Under the pieces are notes generated by a model. The model had not been told where the DNA came from and ran no database searches. It saw only the letters and a program-made list of their open reading frames with translations. From Macrostomum lignano (lineage: Eukaryota): a DNA stretch of 43,812 nucleotides. The translations under genes and the position numbers were made by a program. The stretch lies in the NCBI GenBank assembly GCA_002269645.1, contig NIVC01000878.1:1-43812 (forward strand). The letters run 5' to 3'. Positions 1-11,336 of this stretch are shown here, in pieces; positions within the stretch are counted from its first letter, which is position 1, and each line of letters begins with the position of its first letter.

Positions 1-385
1 GACAGGTAGATAGACAGTTGGATAGACAGGTAGATAAGACAGTTGGATAGACAGGTAGATAGACAGTTGGATAGGACAGGTAGATAGACAGGTTGGATAG
101 ACAGGTAGGATAGACAGTTGATAGACAGGTGAACAGACAGGTGGACAGACAGTGATAAGCAGGTGGACAGGACAGTAAAGACAGGTGGATAGACAGGTGG
201 ATAACAGGTGAACAGACAGGAGGACAGACAGGTGGACAGACAGGTAGATATAACAGGTTGAAGGACAGGTGGACAGACAGATAGACAGGTGGATAGACAG
301 GTGACAGACAGGTCCCAGACATACAGGTGGACAGACAACCGGGCAGATAGTTACAGACAGTCAGCTAGATAGACAGACAGGTGGA
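1..385. repeat. Degenerate GACAGGT(A/G)GATA-type satellite
   Basis: Imperfect ~12-bp units GACAGGTAGATA / GACAGGTGGACA running from the window start. Confidence 0.85.
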
Positions 386-970
386 AGGACATGTAATGCC
401 GAAAATGCACCATGAAGCAAGTGGCTGATCCAGTTTCGAGACGTGCTTGTCCATCGTATAAAATTACCTCAATCAATGTTCAGAAGGCTTATTTTTATTC
501 AACAGTTCAGGTTGTACTTCAAGCATGCATAGATGAGTAGTGCGACAGACATTCTCACGACACAGAGTCCCATGTTTATCCTTTATTCCTGCAAATGTAT
601 TTTTATTAAAATTTTGTCCTTCACGTGTCACCGCCACAGTCACCGGCCTGTGCGCGTCACTCTCGCTGGCTCTTTCTGGCGTTATATTGAGCTGTGACTT
701 TTCTTAGTTAACCTTATCTGTTGTGATTTCACTTGATTTATTGCTTTATTTTGGATGTCTATTCTGTGGATATTTCGATATGCGTTACTGCCTTTTATCT
801 AGATCAATTTATGCATACCAGAAACCAGTCAAATAAATATATGAATCACTTAGCCAAGTTAAGTTGTTTTGTTAAAGTAAATTGTTACTTTGTTTAGTTT
901 CTGTACTTTTCTGGTGGAGCTGAATGCTTCAGAGTGATCATTTTTATTGATGTTAGGTAGTTTAGATATA

Positions 971-1732
971 AGGAGCTCATTTTTCAACCTGAGGCTTCAG
1001 GTAGGGTAAATATGAGGTGCTCAAATTGTTTAGCCTGAATCTTCAGGTAGGGTAAATATGAGGTGCTCAAATTGTTTAGCCTGAATCTTCAGGTAGGGTA
1101 AATATGAGGTGCTCAAATTGTTTAGCCTGAATCTTCAGGTAGGGTAAATATGAGGTGCTCAAATTGTTTAGCCTGAATCTTCAGGTAGGGTAAATATGAG
1201 GTGCTCAAATTGTTTAGCCTGAAGCTTCAGGTAGGGTAAATATGAGGAGCTCAAATTGTTTAGCCTGAATCTTCAGGTTGGGTAAATATGAGGAACTCAT
1301 TGTTCAACCTGAATCTTCAGGTAGGGTAAATATGAGGAACTCATTGTTCAACCTGAATCTTCAGGTAGGGTAATATGAGGAGCTCATTGTTCAACCTGAA
1401 GCTTCAGGTAGGGTAAATATGAGGAACTCATTGTTCAACCTGAGGCTTCAGGTTGGGTAAATATGAGGAGCTCATTGTTCAACCTGAGGCTTCAGGTTGG
1501 GTAAATATGAGGAGCTCATTGTTCAACCTGAGGCTTCAGGTTGGGTAAATATGAGGAGCTCATTGTTCAACCTGAGGCTTCAGGTTGGGTAAATATGAGG
1601 TGCTTAAATTGTTTAGCCTGAATCTTCAGGTAGGGTAAATATGAGGTGCTCAAATTGTTTAGCCTGAAGCTTCAGGTAGGGTAAATATGAGGAGCTCAAA
1701 TTGTTTAGCCTGAAGCATCAGGTAGGGTAAAT
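971..1732. repeat. 44-46-bp minisatellite, ~17 copies
   Basis: Unit CCTGAATCTTCAGGTAGGGTAAATATGAGGTGCTCAAATTGTTTAG; some variants carry the perfect palindrome CCTGAAGCTTCAGG. Confidence 0.95.
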
Positions 1733-1932
1733 GTAAATAACTCAGTTTAACATGAGCTTCAAGCTTTATGTATGGTTAGTGTATATAGAATCAGTTTTAT
1801 GAAATGATAGTGACTGTAAATCCTGAGTTCGAAGTCCGGGTAAATATGTCGAATGGTATTTTCAATTATCTCCTTCATGATTTGGCTACCTGTCCGTAAC
1901 AGTTAATAAACCAATCAAATAACTTGAAAAGC

Positions 1933-4900
1933 ATGTCGGAAAGCAAACCTGCAACTGGTGAAAGTAAGGTGAGGCTTCAGCAATCAGAGCATTCACCGTA
2001 AGCGATCCAAGTTAAGCAGACTTGGTGGTGGTTAGTACGCATCTAGGATGGGCCCACCTGCACTCTGCGCGTCACATTCATTTTGGGGGTTGTGCGACTC
2101 AGCCCAAAGCACCGAGACTGTACATGCCTGACGGTTGGAAAGTTAAGGGCCTCTGTACATCCTGTGTGAGCGTGTGTGAGTGCCTGCGTACAGTATTGGC
2201 GCCTTTTGTGGACGATGCGCTAGGCCAAGATGCTCACAGCCCCATGAAAAAGGGATCCAGGCCAAGATGCTCACAGCCCCATGAAAAAGGGATCCAGGCC
2301 AAGATGCTCACAGCCCCATGAAAAAGGGATCCAGGCCAAGATGCTCACAGCCCCATGAAAAAGGGATCCAGGCCAAGATGCTCACAATGACTATAAATGA
2401 CTATAAACGACTTTAAAACGACGTGATGTCACGATACAAGACGCCAAAAAGTCGTCAAAGAGTTGCTCAAGAATCGCTTTATAGCCTGCGACTCTGAAAC
2501 GACTCTGGGGCCGTAAAGTCGTCTCTACGCCAGAGTCGCTGTAGAGTCACTGAGTTGCGTTTGAAGCGCATTGCGTCGCTTGATGAATTAGAATAGCATC
2601 TCTAGCGAAAGTTAAGCGCTAACACAAAGATTCTTGGACGGCTCTTATATGATTCTACAAGTCTTGTGACGCAACAGTCGCCTAACAGTCGTTAAAAGTC
2701 ACAAGAGTTGCCTCGAAGTCGCTAGAGTCACTAGAGAGTTTTTTCAATGACTCTAGCTATTCTTGTCACGGTAAAGTTTTTGACAACAATAATTACGGCT
2801 CGTACCATCCCGAACCCTCAAGGGGGGCCGTAGCCCAGCGGTCTAGCGCAGGCTCTGGTGTGCCAGCGACCCAGGCTCGATTCCAAGTGCAGTCACATTA
2901 ATTTAGGGCGGAATTGGAATCTCGGCTTGGCTCTGCTCGTGCAATTAACGGCCTTGAGAGCCAACCCCCCAAGGCACAGTGAAGTGTACATGCCTAACGA
3001 TAATATAAAGTTAGGGCCGCTGTACACTCCTGTGTGAGTGTGTGCCTGCGTACGTATCCGCGCGCTTGTATGCCTGTTCAGGGGAGTCGGCGGAATGGGC
3101 AGTAATGCCTCTCGCCGGTTGTGTGCTATGTCGCTTAAAGTGCGCCAGGGTGCACACAACCCCCCTGCCTCTAAAAAAAAAATCCCGAACCCTCGCAGGT
3201 GTCCGAGTCCAAGCTGTGGGGCGGCCGGTTCACAGGCGGCCTGGACCCGCTCATGCAGGCGTTCAACGATTCCCTGTCCTTCGACAAGCGGATGTGGCGC
3301 CAGGACCTGCGAGGAAGCCGCGCCTACGCCACGGCGCTGGTTGGCGCGGGCCTCCTGACCGAGGCGGAGGCCTCTGAGCTGCACCGCGGCCTAGACCTGG
3401 TGGCCGCTGAATGGCAGTCCGGCAGCTTCGTTCCGGCGCCGTCTGACGAGGACATCCACACCGCCAATGAGCGCCGCCTCAAGGAGCTGGTGGGCGCCCC
3501 GGCCGCCAAGCTGCACACCGGGCGGAGCAGGAATGACCAGGTGGGGCTGGGGAGAGGGGTGCGGCACCTCAGCCTGAGCTGGCGCTCTTGATGTGCAGGT
3601 AGCTTGGGGACTGACCCCTCATTATCCATATAGCTTGGGGACTGACCCCTCATTACCCATGTAGCTTGGGGACTGACCCCTCATTACCCATGTAGCTTGG
3701 GGACTGACCCCTCATTATTCATGTAGCTTAGGGGGACTGACTCCTCATTATCCAGGTAGCTTGGGGACTGACCCCTCATTATCCAGGTAGCTTAGGGGGG
3801 ACTGACCCCTCATTATCCAGGTAGCTTAGGTGGGACTGACCCTCATTATCCATATAGCTTAGGGGGACTGACCCCTCATGTCACAACCAGTCTCACCCAA
3901 AAACCTCCGAGCTCAGGTAGCCACGGATATCCGCCTGTGGCTCATGGACTACTTATCGGACGAGCTGCTGCCCCAGCTGCGCCGCCTCATCAACACCCTG
4001 GTGAGCCGGGCGGAGTCGGAGACCGGCGTGCTCATGCCGGGCTACACCCACCTGCAGCGGGCCCAGCCGGTGCGCTGGTCCCATTGGCTGCTCAGCTACG
4101 CCTCCATGCTGCGCAGGGACTGCCAGAGACTGGCCGACTGCCGGGCCCGCACCGCCGTGTGCCCGCTGGGCAGCGGCGCCCTGGCCGGCAACCCCTTCGG
4201 GTGGACAGGCAGGCGTTGGCCGGTAGGGCGAGGGATGGGGTATTGGGTGTGGGGAATCGTGGTGTTGGGAATTGGGTGTTGGGAATTGGGTGTGGGGAAT
4301 CGGGTGTGGGGAATTGGGTGTTGGGAATTGAGTGTTGGGAATTCGGGTGTGGGGTATTGGGTGTGGGGTATTGGGTGTGGAGAATTGGGGTGTGGAGAAT
4401 TGGGGTGTGGAGAATTGGGTTGTGGAGAATTGGGATGTGGAGAATTGGGGTGTGGAGAATTGGGGTGTGGAGAATTGGGATGTGGAGAATTGGGGTGTGG
4501 AGAATTGAGATGTGGAGAATTGGGGTGTGGAGAATTGGGATGTGGAGAATTGGATGTTGGGAATTGGGGTGTGGAGAATTGGGGTGTGGGGTATTGGGGT
4601 GTGGAGAATTGGGGTGTGGGGAGTTGGGGTGTGGGGAATTCGGTGTGGGGAGTTGGGGTGTGGAGAATTGGTGTGTGGGGTATTGGAGTGTGGGGTATTT
4701 GGGTGTTAGGAATTGGGGTGTGGGGTATTGGGTGTTAGGAATTTGGGTGTGGGGAATAAGGTTGTGAGGAATAGGGGTGTGGAGTATTGGATGTTGGGAA
4801 TTGCGATGTGAGGTATTTGGGTGTGAGGAATAGGGTTGTGGAGTATTGGATGTTGGGAATTGGGGTGTTGGGGTATTTGGGTGTGGAGAATTAGGGTGTG

Positions 4901-5306
4901 GGGTATTGGGGTGTGGGGTATTGGGTGTTAGGAATTGGGGTGTGCGGCATTAGGGTTTGGTATTCTTAGAATCGTCAACAGGTATTCTTAGAATCGTGAG
5001 CAGGTATTCTTAGAATCGTGAACAGGTATTCTCAGACTTGTCAACAGGTATTCTTAGAATGGTCTACAGGTATTCTTAGAATCTTTAACAGGTATTAACC
5101 AGCCCCATTCAAAAACCCCAGACGCCCTCGGCTTCACCTCTGGGGTCACCTGGAACAGTCTGGACGCCGTGGCGGACCGCGACTTCGCCTCGGAGTTCCA
5201 GTTCGCGGCCGCCATGATTGGCAACCACCTGAGCCGCCTCGCCGAGGACCTGATCCTCTTCTGCAGCAAGGAGTTCGGCTTCGTCACGCTGTCGGACGCG
5301 TACAGC

Positions 5307-5338
<32 letters not shown>

Positions 5339-6136
5339 CGCGGACAGTCTGGAGCTCATCCGCGGCAAAACCGGACGGCTGTGCGGCCACCTGGTGTCCC
5401 TGCTCATGGTGCAGAAGTCCTTGCCCAGCGCCTTCAACAAGGACCTGCAGGAGGACAAGGAGGGCTTGTTCGACTCAGCTGACACCGTGTCAGCCGTGGT
5501 TCGAATCGCCGACGGCGTGGTGGCCACCCTGACGGTGCACCCAGAGGCCTGCGCCGGCGCCCTCAGCTGCGACATGTTGGCCACCGACCTGGCCTACTAT
5601 TTGGTGCGCCGCGGGGTGCCGTTCAGGGAGGCCCACGCCGCCTCCGGGCGTTGCGTGGCGCTGGCCGAAGCCAAGGCGTGTCAGCTGCACCAGCTGACCT
5701 TTGAGGACTTCCGGACTGTCAGGTGAGCAGCTGACTGACTGACTGACTGACTGACTGACTGACTGACTGACTGACTGACTGACTGACTGACTGACTGACT
5801 GACTGACTGACTGACTGACTGACTGACTGACTGACTGACTGACTGACTGACTGACTGACTGACTGACTGACTGACTGACTGACTGACTGACTGACTGACT
5901 GACTGACTGACTGACTGACTGACTGACTGACTGACTGACTGACTGACTGACTGACTGACTGACTGACTGACTGTCCCCAATCATCCCGCAGCGAGAAATT
6001 CGGCGAAGACGTCACCCAGCTGTGGGACTTTGAGACGAGCGTTGAGCAGTACGGCGCCTTCGGCGGCACCGCCCTGGAGTCCGTTCGCCAGCAGGTGGCT
6101 GCCTTCAGGCGGTGGCTGGGGGACGAGCAGAAGTGA
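1933..6136 (+). CDS. ASL: Argininosuccinate lyase, 5 exons, with a 1-nt frameshift near 4200 (real or a consensus error)
   Basis: Predicted exons: 1933-1968 ([15 protein letters not shown]|GTGAGG donor), 3199-3540 ([10 protein letters not shown]...HTGRSRNDQ), 3917-4222 (VATDIRLW...[12 protein letters not shown]...[11 protein letters not shown]), 5122-5722 (fumarate-lyase signature [19 protein letters not shown]; NKDLQEDKE) and 5992-6136. All junctions are GT-AG and phase-compatible if one base is restored at TTCGGGTGGAC (paralog reads TTCGAGGTGGAC), giving 476 aa. Exon 1 is the least certain. Confidence 0.93.
2025..2200 (+). mobile_element. Diverged partial SINE copy, same family as 2820-3181
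   Basis: Shares GTCACATT, the TGTACATGCCTGAC...GGGCCTCTGTACA core and the following CCTGTGTGAG(TG)n GCCTGCGTAC segment. Confidence 0.7.
2223..2387. repeat. 37-bp tandem repeat, ~4.5 copies
   Basis: Unit GGCCAAGATGCTCACAGCCCCATGAAAAAGGGATCCA at 2223, 2260, 2297, 2334 and a partial at 2371. Confidence 0.95.
2388..2780. other. Region of dispersed AGTCGC/GCGACT/AGTCAC motifs, possibly a non-autonomous DNA-transposon interior
   Basis: Many short motifs (CGACT in the first half, AGTCG/AGTCA in the second) in loosely mirrored orientation; no termini could be identified. Confidence 0.3.
2820..3181 (+). mobile_element. Full-length tRNA-derived SINE with poly(A) tail and 13-bp TSD
   Basis: Head GGGGCCGTAGCCCAGCGG (A box) and GGCTCGATTCC (B-box-like); internal core with hairpin at 2984-3027; A10 tail at 3173-3182; direct repeat ATCCCGAACCCTC at 2807-2819 and 3182-3194. 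Confidence 0.85.
3597..3880. repeat. 31-35-bp intronic minisatellite, ~9 copies (ASL intron 2)
   Basis: Unit GTAGCTT(A)GGGGACTGACCCCTCATTATCCA(G/T); homologous array at about 38215-38385 in the paralog. Confidence 0.93.
4236..4955. repeat. 15-bp G-rich minisatellite (ASL intron 3)
   Basis: Unit GAATTGGGGTGTGGA and variants. Confidence 0.93.
4960..5097. repeat. 22-bp minisatellite, ~6 copies (ASL intron 3)
   Basis: Unit AACAGGTATTCTTAGAATCGTG. Confidence 0.9.
5731..5973. repeat. (CTGA)n microsatellite filling ASL intron 4
   Basis: About 60 perfect CTGA units between donor 5723 and acceptor 5991. Confidence 0.98.
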
Positions 6137-6529
6137 CGAGATGATTGAAACAGAAACTTTCTGACAACTGCAATATTTAGCTGAATTAGGCAAATCACTG
6201 CAGGTATCATCGCGTTTCTGCTAGCTCTATGAGTACTAATAGAATTGCATGCAGTTCATCACGATTCACTGGCATGATAAATGCGAATCTTCAGGCCAAC
6301 TGGTATGCGGAATTCTGCTTTATTCTTAGGTTCAACCATTTTCTGCTGAAATTTTCTAATCATTTTTTATGGTGTGCGATTCTTATTGCTGATTTCGAAT
6401 GGTTATATGACCTTAATTGTTCACCTGATTTACAACTCCTAACCTTTATCTTCATTGAGACGAGAAGAGATTTTAAGAGTGAAAACATAAGATATGGATG
6501 AACCGCCTCACTGACTGACAGACCGAAAG

Positions 6530-9500
6530 ACAGACAGGCAGACACTGGGACAGGCAGACACTGGGACAGGCAGCTACAGGCAGACACTGGGACAGGCAGA
6601 CACTGGGACAGGCAGACACTGGGACAGGCAGACACTGGGACAGGCAGACACTGGGACAGACAGACACTGGGACAGACAGACACTGGGACAGGCAGGGACA
6701 GGCAAGGCCAGACAGAGACTGGGACAGGCAGACACTGGGACAGACAGACACTGGGACAGACAGACACTGGGACAGGCAGGGACAGGCAGACACTGGGACA
6801 GACAGACCCTGGGACAGGCAGAGACAGACAGGGCCAGGCAGAGACTGAGACAGGCAGACACTGGGACTGGCAGGCACTGGGACTGGCAGACACTGGGACT
6901 GGCAGACACTGGGACAGACAGACACTGGGACAGACAGACACTGGGACAGGCAGGGACAGGCAGACACTGGGACAGACAGACCCTGGGACAGGCAGAGACA
7001 GACAGGGCCAGGCAGAGACTGAGACAGGCAGACACTGGGACTGGCAGGCACTGGGACTGGCAGACACTGGGACAGGCAGGGACAGGCAAGGCCAGACAGA
7101 GACTGGGACAGGCAGACACTGGGACTGGCAGACACTGGGACAGGCAGACACTGGGACAGACAGACACTGGGACAGACAGACACTGGGACAGGCAGGGACA
7201 GGCAAGGCCAGACAGAGACTGGGACAGGCAGACACTGGGACAGACAGACACTGGGACAGACAGACACTGGGACAGGCAGGGACAGGCAGACACTGGGACA
7301 GACAGACCCTGGGACAGGCAGAGACAGACAGGGCCAGGCAGAGACTGAGACAGGCAGACACTGGGACTGGCAGGCACTGGGACTGGCAGACACTGGGACT
7401 GGCAGACACTGGGACAGACAGACACTGGGACAGACAGACACTGGGACAGGCAGGGACAGGCAGACACTGGGACAGACAGACCCTGGGACAGGCAGAGACA
7501 GACAGGGCCAGGCAGAGACTGAGACAGGCAGACACTGGGACTGGCAGGCACTGGGACTGGCAGACACTGGGACTGGCAGACACTGGGACAGACAGACACT
7601 GGGACAGACAGACACTGGGACAGACAGACACTGGGACAGGCAGGGACAGGCAAGGCCAGACAGAGACTGGGACAGGCAGACACTGGGACAGACAGACACT
7701 GGGACAGGCAGGGACAGGCAGACACTGGGACAGACAGACCCTGGGACAGGCAGAGACAGACAGGGCCAGGCAGAGACTGAGACAGGCAGACACTGGGACT
7801 GGCAGGCACTGGGACTGGCAGACACTGGGACAGGCAGACACTGGGACAGAAAGACACTGGGACAGACAGACACTGGGACAGGCAGGGACAGGCAGACACT
7901 GGGACAGACAGACCCTGGGACAGGCAGAGACAGACAGGGCCAGGCAGAGACTGAGACAGGCAGACACTGGGACTGGCAGGCACTGGGACTGGCAGACACT
8001 GGGACTGGCAGACACTGGGACAGACAGACACTGGGACAGACAGACACTGGGACAGGCAGGGACAGGCAGACACTGGGACAGACAGACCCTGGGACAGGCA
8101 GAGACAGACAGGGCCGGGCAGAGACTGGGACAGGCAGACACTGGGACTGGCAGGCACTGGGACTGGCAGACACTGGGACTGGCAGACACTGCGACAGGCA
8201 GACACTGGGACAGGCAGACACTGGGACAGGAGGACACTAAGACAAGTGGACACTGGGACAGGCAGACACTGGGACAGGAGGACACTAAGACAAGTGGACA
8301 CTGGGACAGACAGACACTGGGACAGGCAGGGACAGGCAGACACTGGGACAGGCAGGGACAGGCAAGGCCAGACAGAGACTGGGACAGGCAGACACTGGGA
8401 CTGGCAGACACTGGGACTGGCAGACACTGGGACAGGCAGACACTGGGACAGACAGACACTGGGACAGACAGACACTGGGACAGACAGACACTGGGACAGA
8501 CAGACCCTGGGACAGGCAGAGACAGACAGGGCCAGGCAGAGACTGAGACAGGCAGACACTGGGACTGGCAGGCACTGGGACTGGCAGACACTGGGACTGG
8601 CAGACACTGGGACAGACAGACACTGGGACAGACAGACACTGGGACAGGCAGGGACAGGCAGACACTGGGACAGACAGACCCTGGGACAGGCAGAGACAGA
8701 CAGGGCCGGGCAGAGACTGGGACAGGCAGACACTGGGACTGGCAGGCACTGGGACTGGCAGACACTGGGACTGGCAGACACTGCGACAGGCAGACACTGA
8801 GACAGGCAGACACTGGGACAGGAGGACACTAAGACAAGTGGACACTGGGACAGGCAGACACTGGGACAGGAGGACACTAAGACAAGTGGACACTGGGACA
8901 GACAGACACTGGGACAGGCAGGGACAGGCAGACACTGGGACAGGCAGGGACAGGCAAGGCCAGACAGAGACTGGGACAAGCAGACACTGGGACTGGCAGA
9001 CACTGGGACAGGCAGACACTGGGACAGGCAGACACTGGGACAGACAGACACTGGGACAGACAGACACTGGGACAGACAGACACTGGGACAGACAGACCCT
9101 GGGACAGGCAGAGACAGACAGGGCCAGGCAGAGACTGGGACAGGCAGGCACTGGGACTGGCAGGCACTGGGACTGGCAGACACTGGGACTGGCAGACACT
9201 GCGACAGGCAGACACTGGGACTGGCAGACACTGGGACAGGAAGGGACAGGCAGACACTGGGACAGGCAGGGACAGGCAAGGCCAGACAGAGACTGGGACA
9301 GGCAGACACTGGGACTGGCAGACACTGGGACAGGCAGACACTGGGACAGGCAGACACTGGGACAGACAGACACTGGGACAGAAAGACACTGGGACAGGCA
9401 GGGACAGGCAGACACTGGGACAGGCAGACACTGGGACAGGCAGACACTGGGACAGGCAGGGACAGGCAAGGCCAGACAGAGACTGGGACAGGCAGACACT

Positions 9501-10295
9501 GGGACAGACAGACACTGGGACAGACAGACACTGGGACAGGCAGGGACAGGCAGACACTGGGACAGGCAGGGACAGGCAAGGCCAGACAGAGACTGGGACA
9601 GGCAGACACTGGGACTGGCAGACACTGGGACAGGCAGACACTGGGACAGGCAGACACTGGGACAGGCAGACACTGGGACAGACAGACACTGGGACAGACA
9701 GACACTGGGACAGGCAGGGACAGGCAAGGCCAGACAGAGACTGGGACAGGCAGACACTGGGACAGACAGACACTGGGACAGACAGACACTGGGACAGGCA
9801 GGGACAGGCAGACACTGGGACAGACAGACCCTGGGACAGGCAGAGACAGACAGGGCCAGGCAGAGACTGAGACAGGCAGACACTGGGACTGGCAGGCACT
9901 GGGACTGGCAGACACTGGGACTGGCAGACACTGGGACAGACAGACACTGGGACAGACAGACACTGGGACAGGCAGGGACAGGCAGACACTGGGACAGACA
10001 GACCCTGGGACAGGCAGAGACAGACAGGGCCGGGCAGAGACAGACAGGGCCGGGCAGAGACTGGGACAGGCAGACACTGGGACTGGCAGGCACTGGGACT
10101 GGCAGACACTGGGACTGGCAGACACTGCGACAGGCAGACACTGGGACAGGCAGACACTGGGACAGGCAGACACTGGGACAGGCAGACACTGGGACAGGAG
10201 GACACTAAGACAAGTGGACACTGGGACAGGCAGACACTGGGACAGGAGGACACTAAGACAAGTGGACACTGGGACAGACTCTGGGACAGGCAGAC
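6530..10295. repeat. 3.8-kb 16-bp satellite with higher-order variants
   Basis: Monomer CAGACACTGGGACAGG with recurring variant cassettes; it explains all the long SVCLSQC and DTGTGRHWD ORFs. Confidence 0.97.
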
Positions 10296-10669
10296 ACACA
10301 CTCTGACACACACTCTGACACACAGCCAGCTTTGCAAAGACAAGCGAGTGCCTGTTGTCTGTCACCATTGATTGCCTTATGAATCGCAGTGTTCGAGCTC
10401 GAATGTGCAATTCCAATCATCCATATTAACCATAGCGCAGCGAATTCTGAATTGCTGATTTAATTTTGCTTAATAATCTCTTATTCTACACGCTGTTTAC
10501 AAATCGATGTCCTGCATGCTTCCACTCAAGCCTGAGCATCCAGTCAGCTTAAAGTATACACAATAAAATATACACAATGCCTATCAGCTGTTGCAGGCGA
10601 ATATCAATATGTGAATTTTGTAGCTCTTTAGTCAATGAATGATGAAAACTTGTGAATGCATTCGCTTCG

Positions 10670-10960
10670 TTTTATTCAGTTTGCCAGCAGTTGACTTGGA
10701 TCGATGCCTCAGGCTCTCTTGAGTCAATCCTGCCCATTTCGCGGACTCCTTGGTCACACCAGTGCTGTACGCAATTACACACTGTACCACACGCTCGCAT
10801 GGGGTGTACAGCGGCCCTGATTTTCTGATTGTCAGGCATGTACACCCTGCACTTTTGGGGTTGGCCTTCATGGCTGTGGATCGCACGACAACTGTCAGTG
10901 AGCTTTTCTTGCACGAGCCCCTACTTTATGTGACCGCGCACGGAATGGAAGCAGGGCTCG
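10670..10960 (-). mobile_element. Diverged SINE copy, same family as 2820-3181
   Basis: The minus strand reads GTCACATAAA...CTCGTGCAA...GCCAACCCC...GTGTACATGCCTGAC...TCAGGGCCGCTGTACAC...GGAGTCCGCGAAATGGGCAG, matching the 2820 copy block by block. Confidence 0.75.
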
Positions 10961-11322
10961 TGGCGTTGGAGCCTGACACGCCACGGTGGCTGCAGCAGCT
11001 CCTGCACTGCACTGCTGGTGGGCAGCAACACTCGGTCCAGAAGATGCAGAGCTGGAAGCCGGTAAAATGTCCTCGATTGATGTCGGTAAATAATCACAGA
11101 AAACACCTGCGCAACCGATAATAGATCTCGACTTGAGCTCATGCAGTTGTTGCTGCTGCAGGCTTGATGTGGCAGTGACAGAAAGCAATCGAGGCTCCCA
11201 ATGATCGCACAGCTCACTGAGTCTGAATACTCACAGAGAGTTAATACGGATTTCAATCAGACTCATGCCGCATCGACAGAGCTCTGTTTACCGATAGGCA
11301 AGCGGCTGCCTGCTGATCGAGA

Positions 11323-11336
11323 GTCTCCATGGCAAC
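11323..11336 (+). promoter_or_regulatory. RFX X-box-like motif upstream of WSC-PAN gene A
   Basis: GTCTCCATGGCAAC fits the palindromic X-box consensus and is conserved in paralog B (34682-34695). Confidence 0.5.

Noticed and set aside
2822-2895. Possible tRNA gene
   Set aside because: It has A/B boxes but no closable acceptor stem or proper anticodon loop, and it is the head of a TSD-flanked, poly(A)-tailed SINE.
3199-3230. Idea that a flatworm spliced-leader AUG supplies the ASL start (AUG + [11 protein letters not shown] mirrors human MASESGKLWGGRF)
   Set aside because: A cis exon at 1933-1968 has an ATG, an excellent AAG|GTGAGG donor and matching phase, so trans-splicing is not needed; it is not excluded without 5' RACE.
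2893-3384. Minus-strand ORF sharing GVYSGP with ORF 10750-11121
   Set aside because: The similarity comes from two SINE copies at the DNA level; the rest is antisense to an ASL exon.
4223-4767. GCGEL / WRIGV repeat extensions of ASL ORFs
   Set aside because: Read-through into a 15-bp intronic minisatellite past the splice donor at 4223.
5490-6210. (VSQS)n ORFs, also at 39905-40453 and 43459-43668
   Set aside because: Antisense translation of the (CTGA)n intronic microsatellite.
6360-10416. Very long ORFs of 456-1280 aa (SVCLSQC and DTGTGRHWD repeats)
   Set aside because: Translations of a stop-free 16-bp satellite in several frames on both strands; no domain content.
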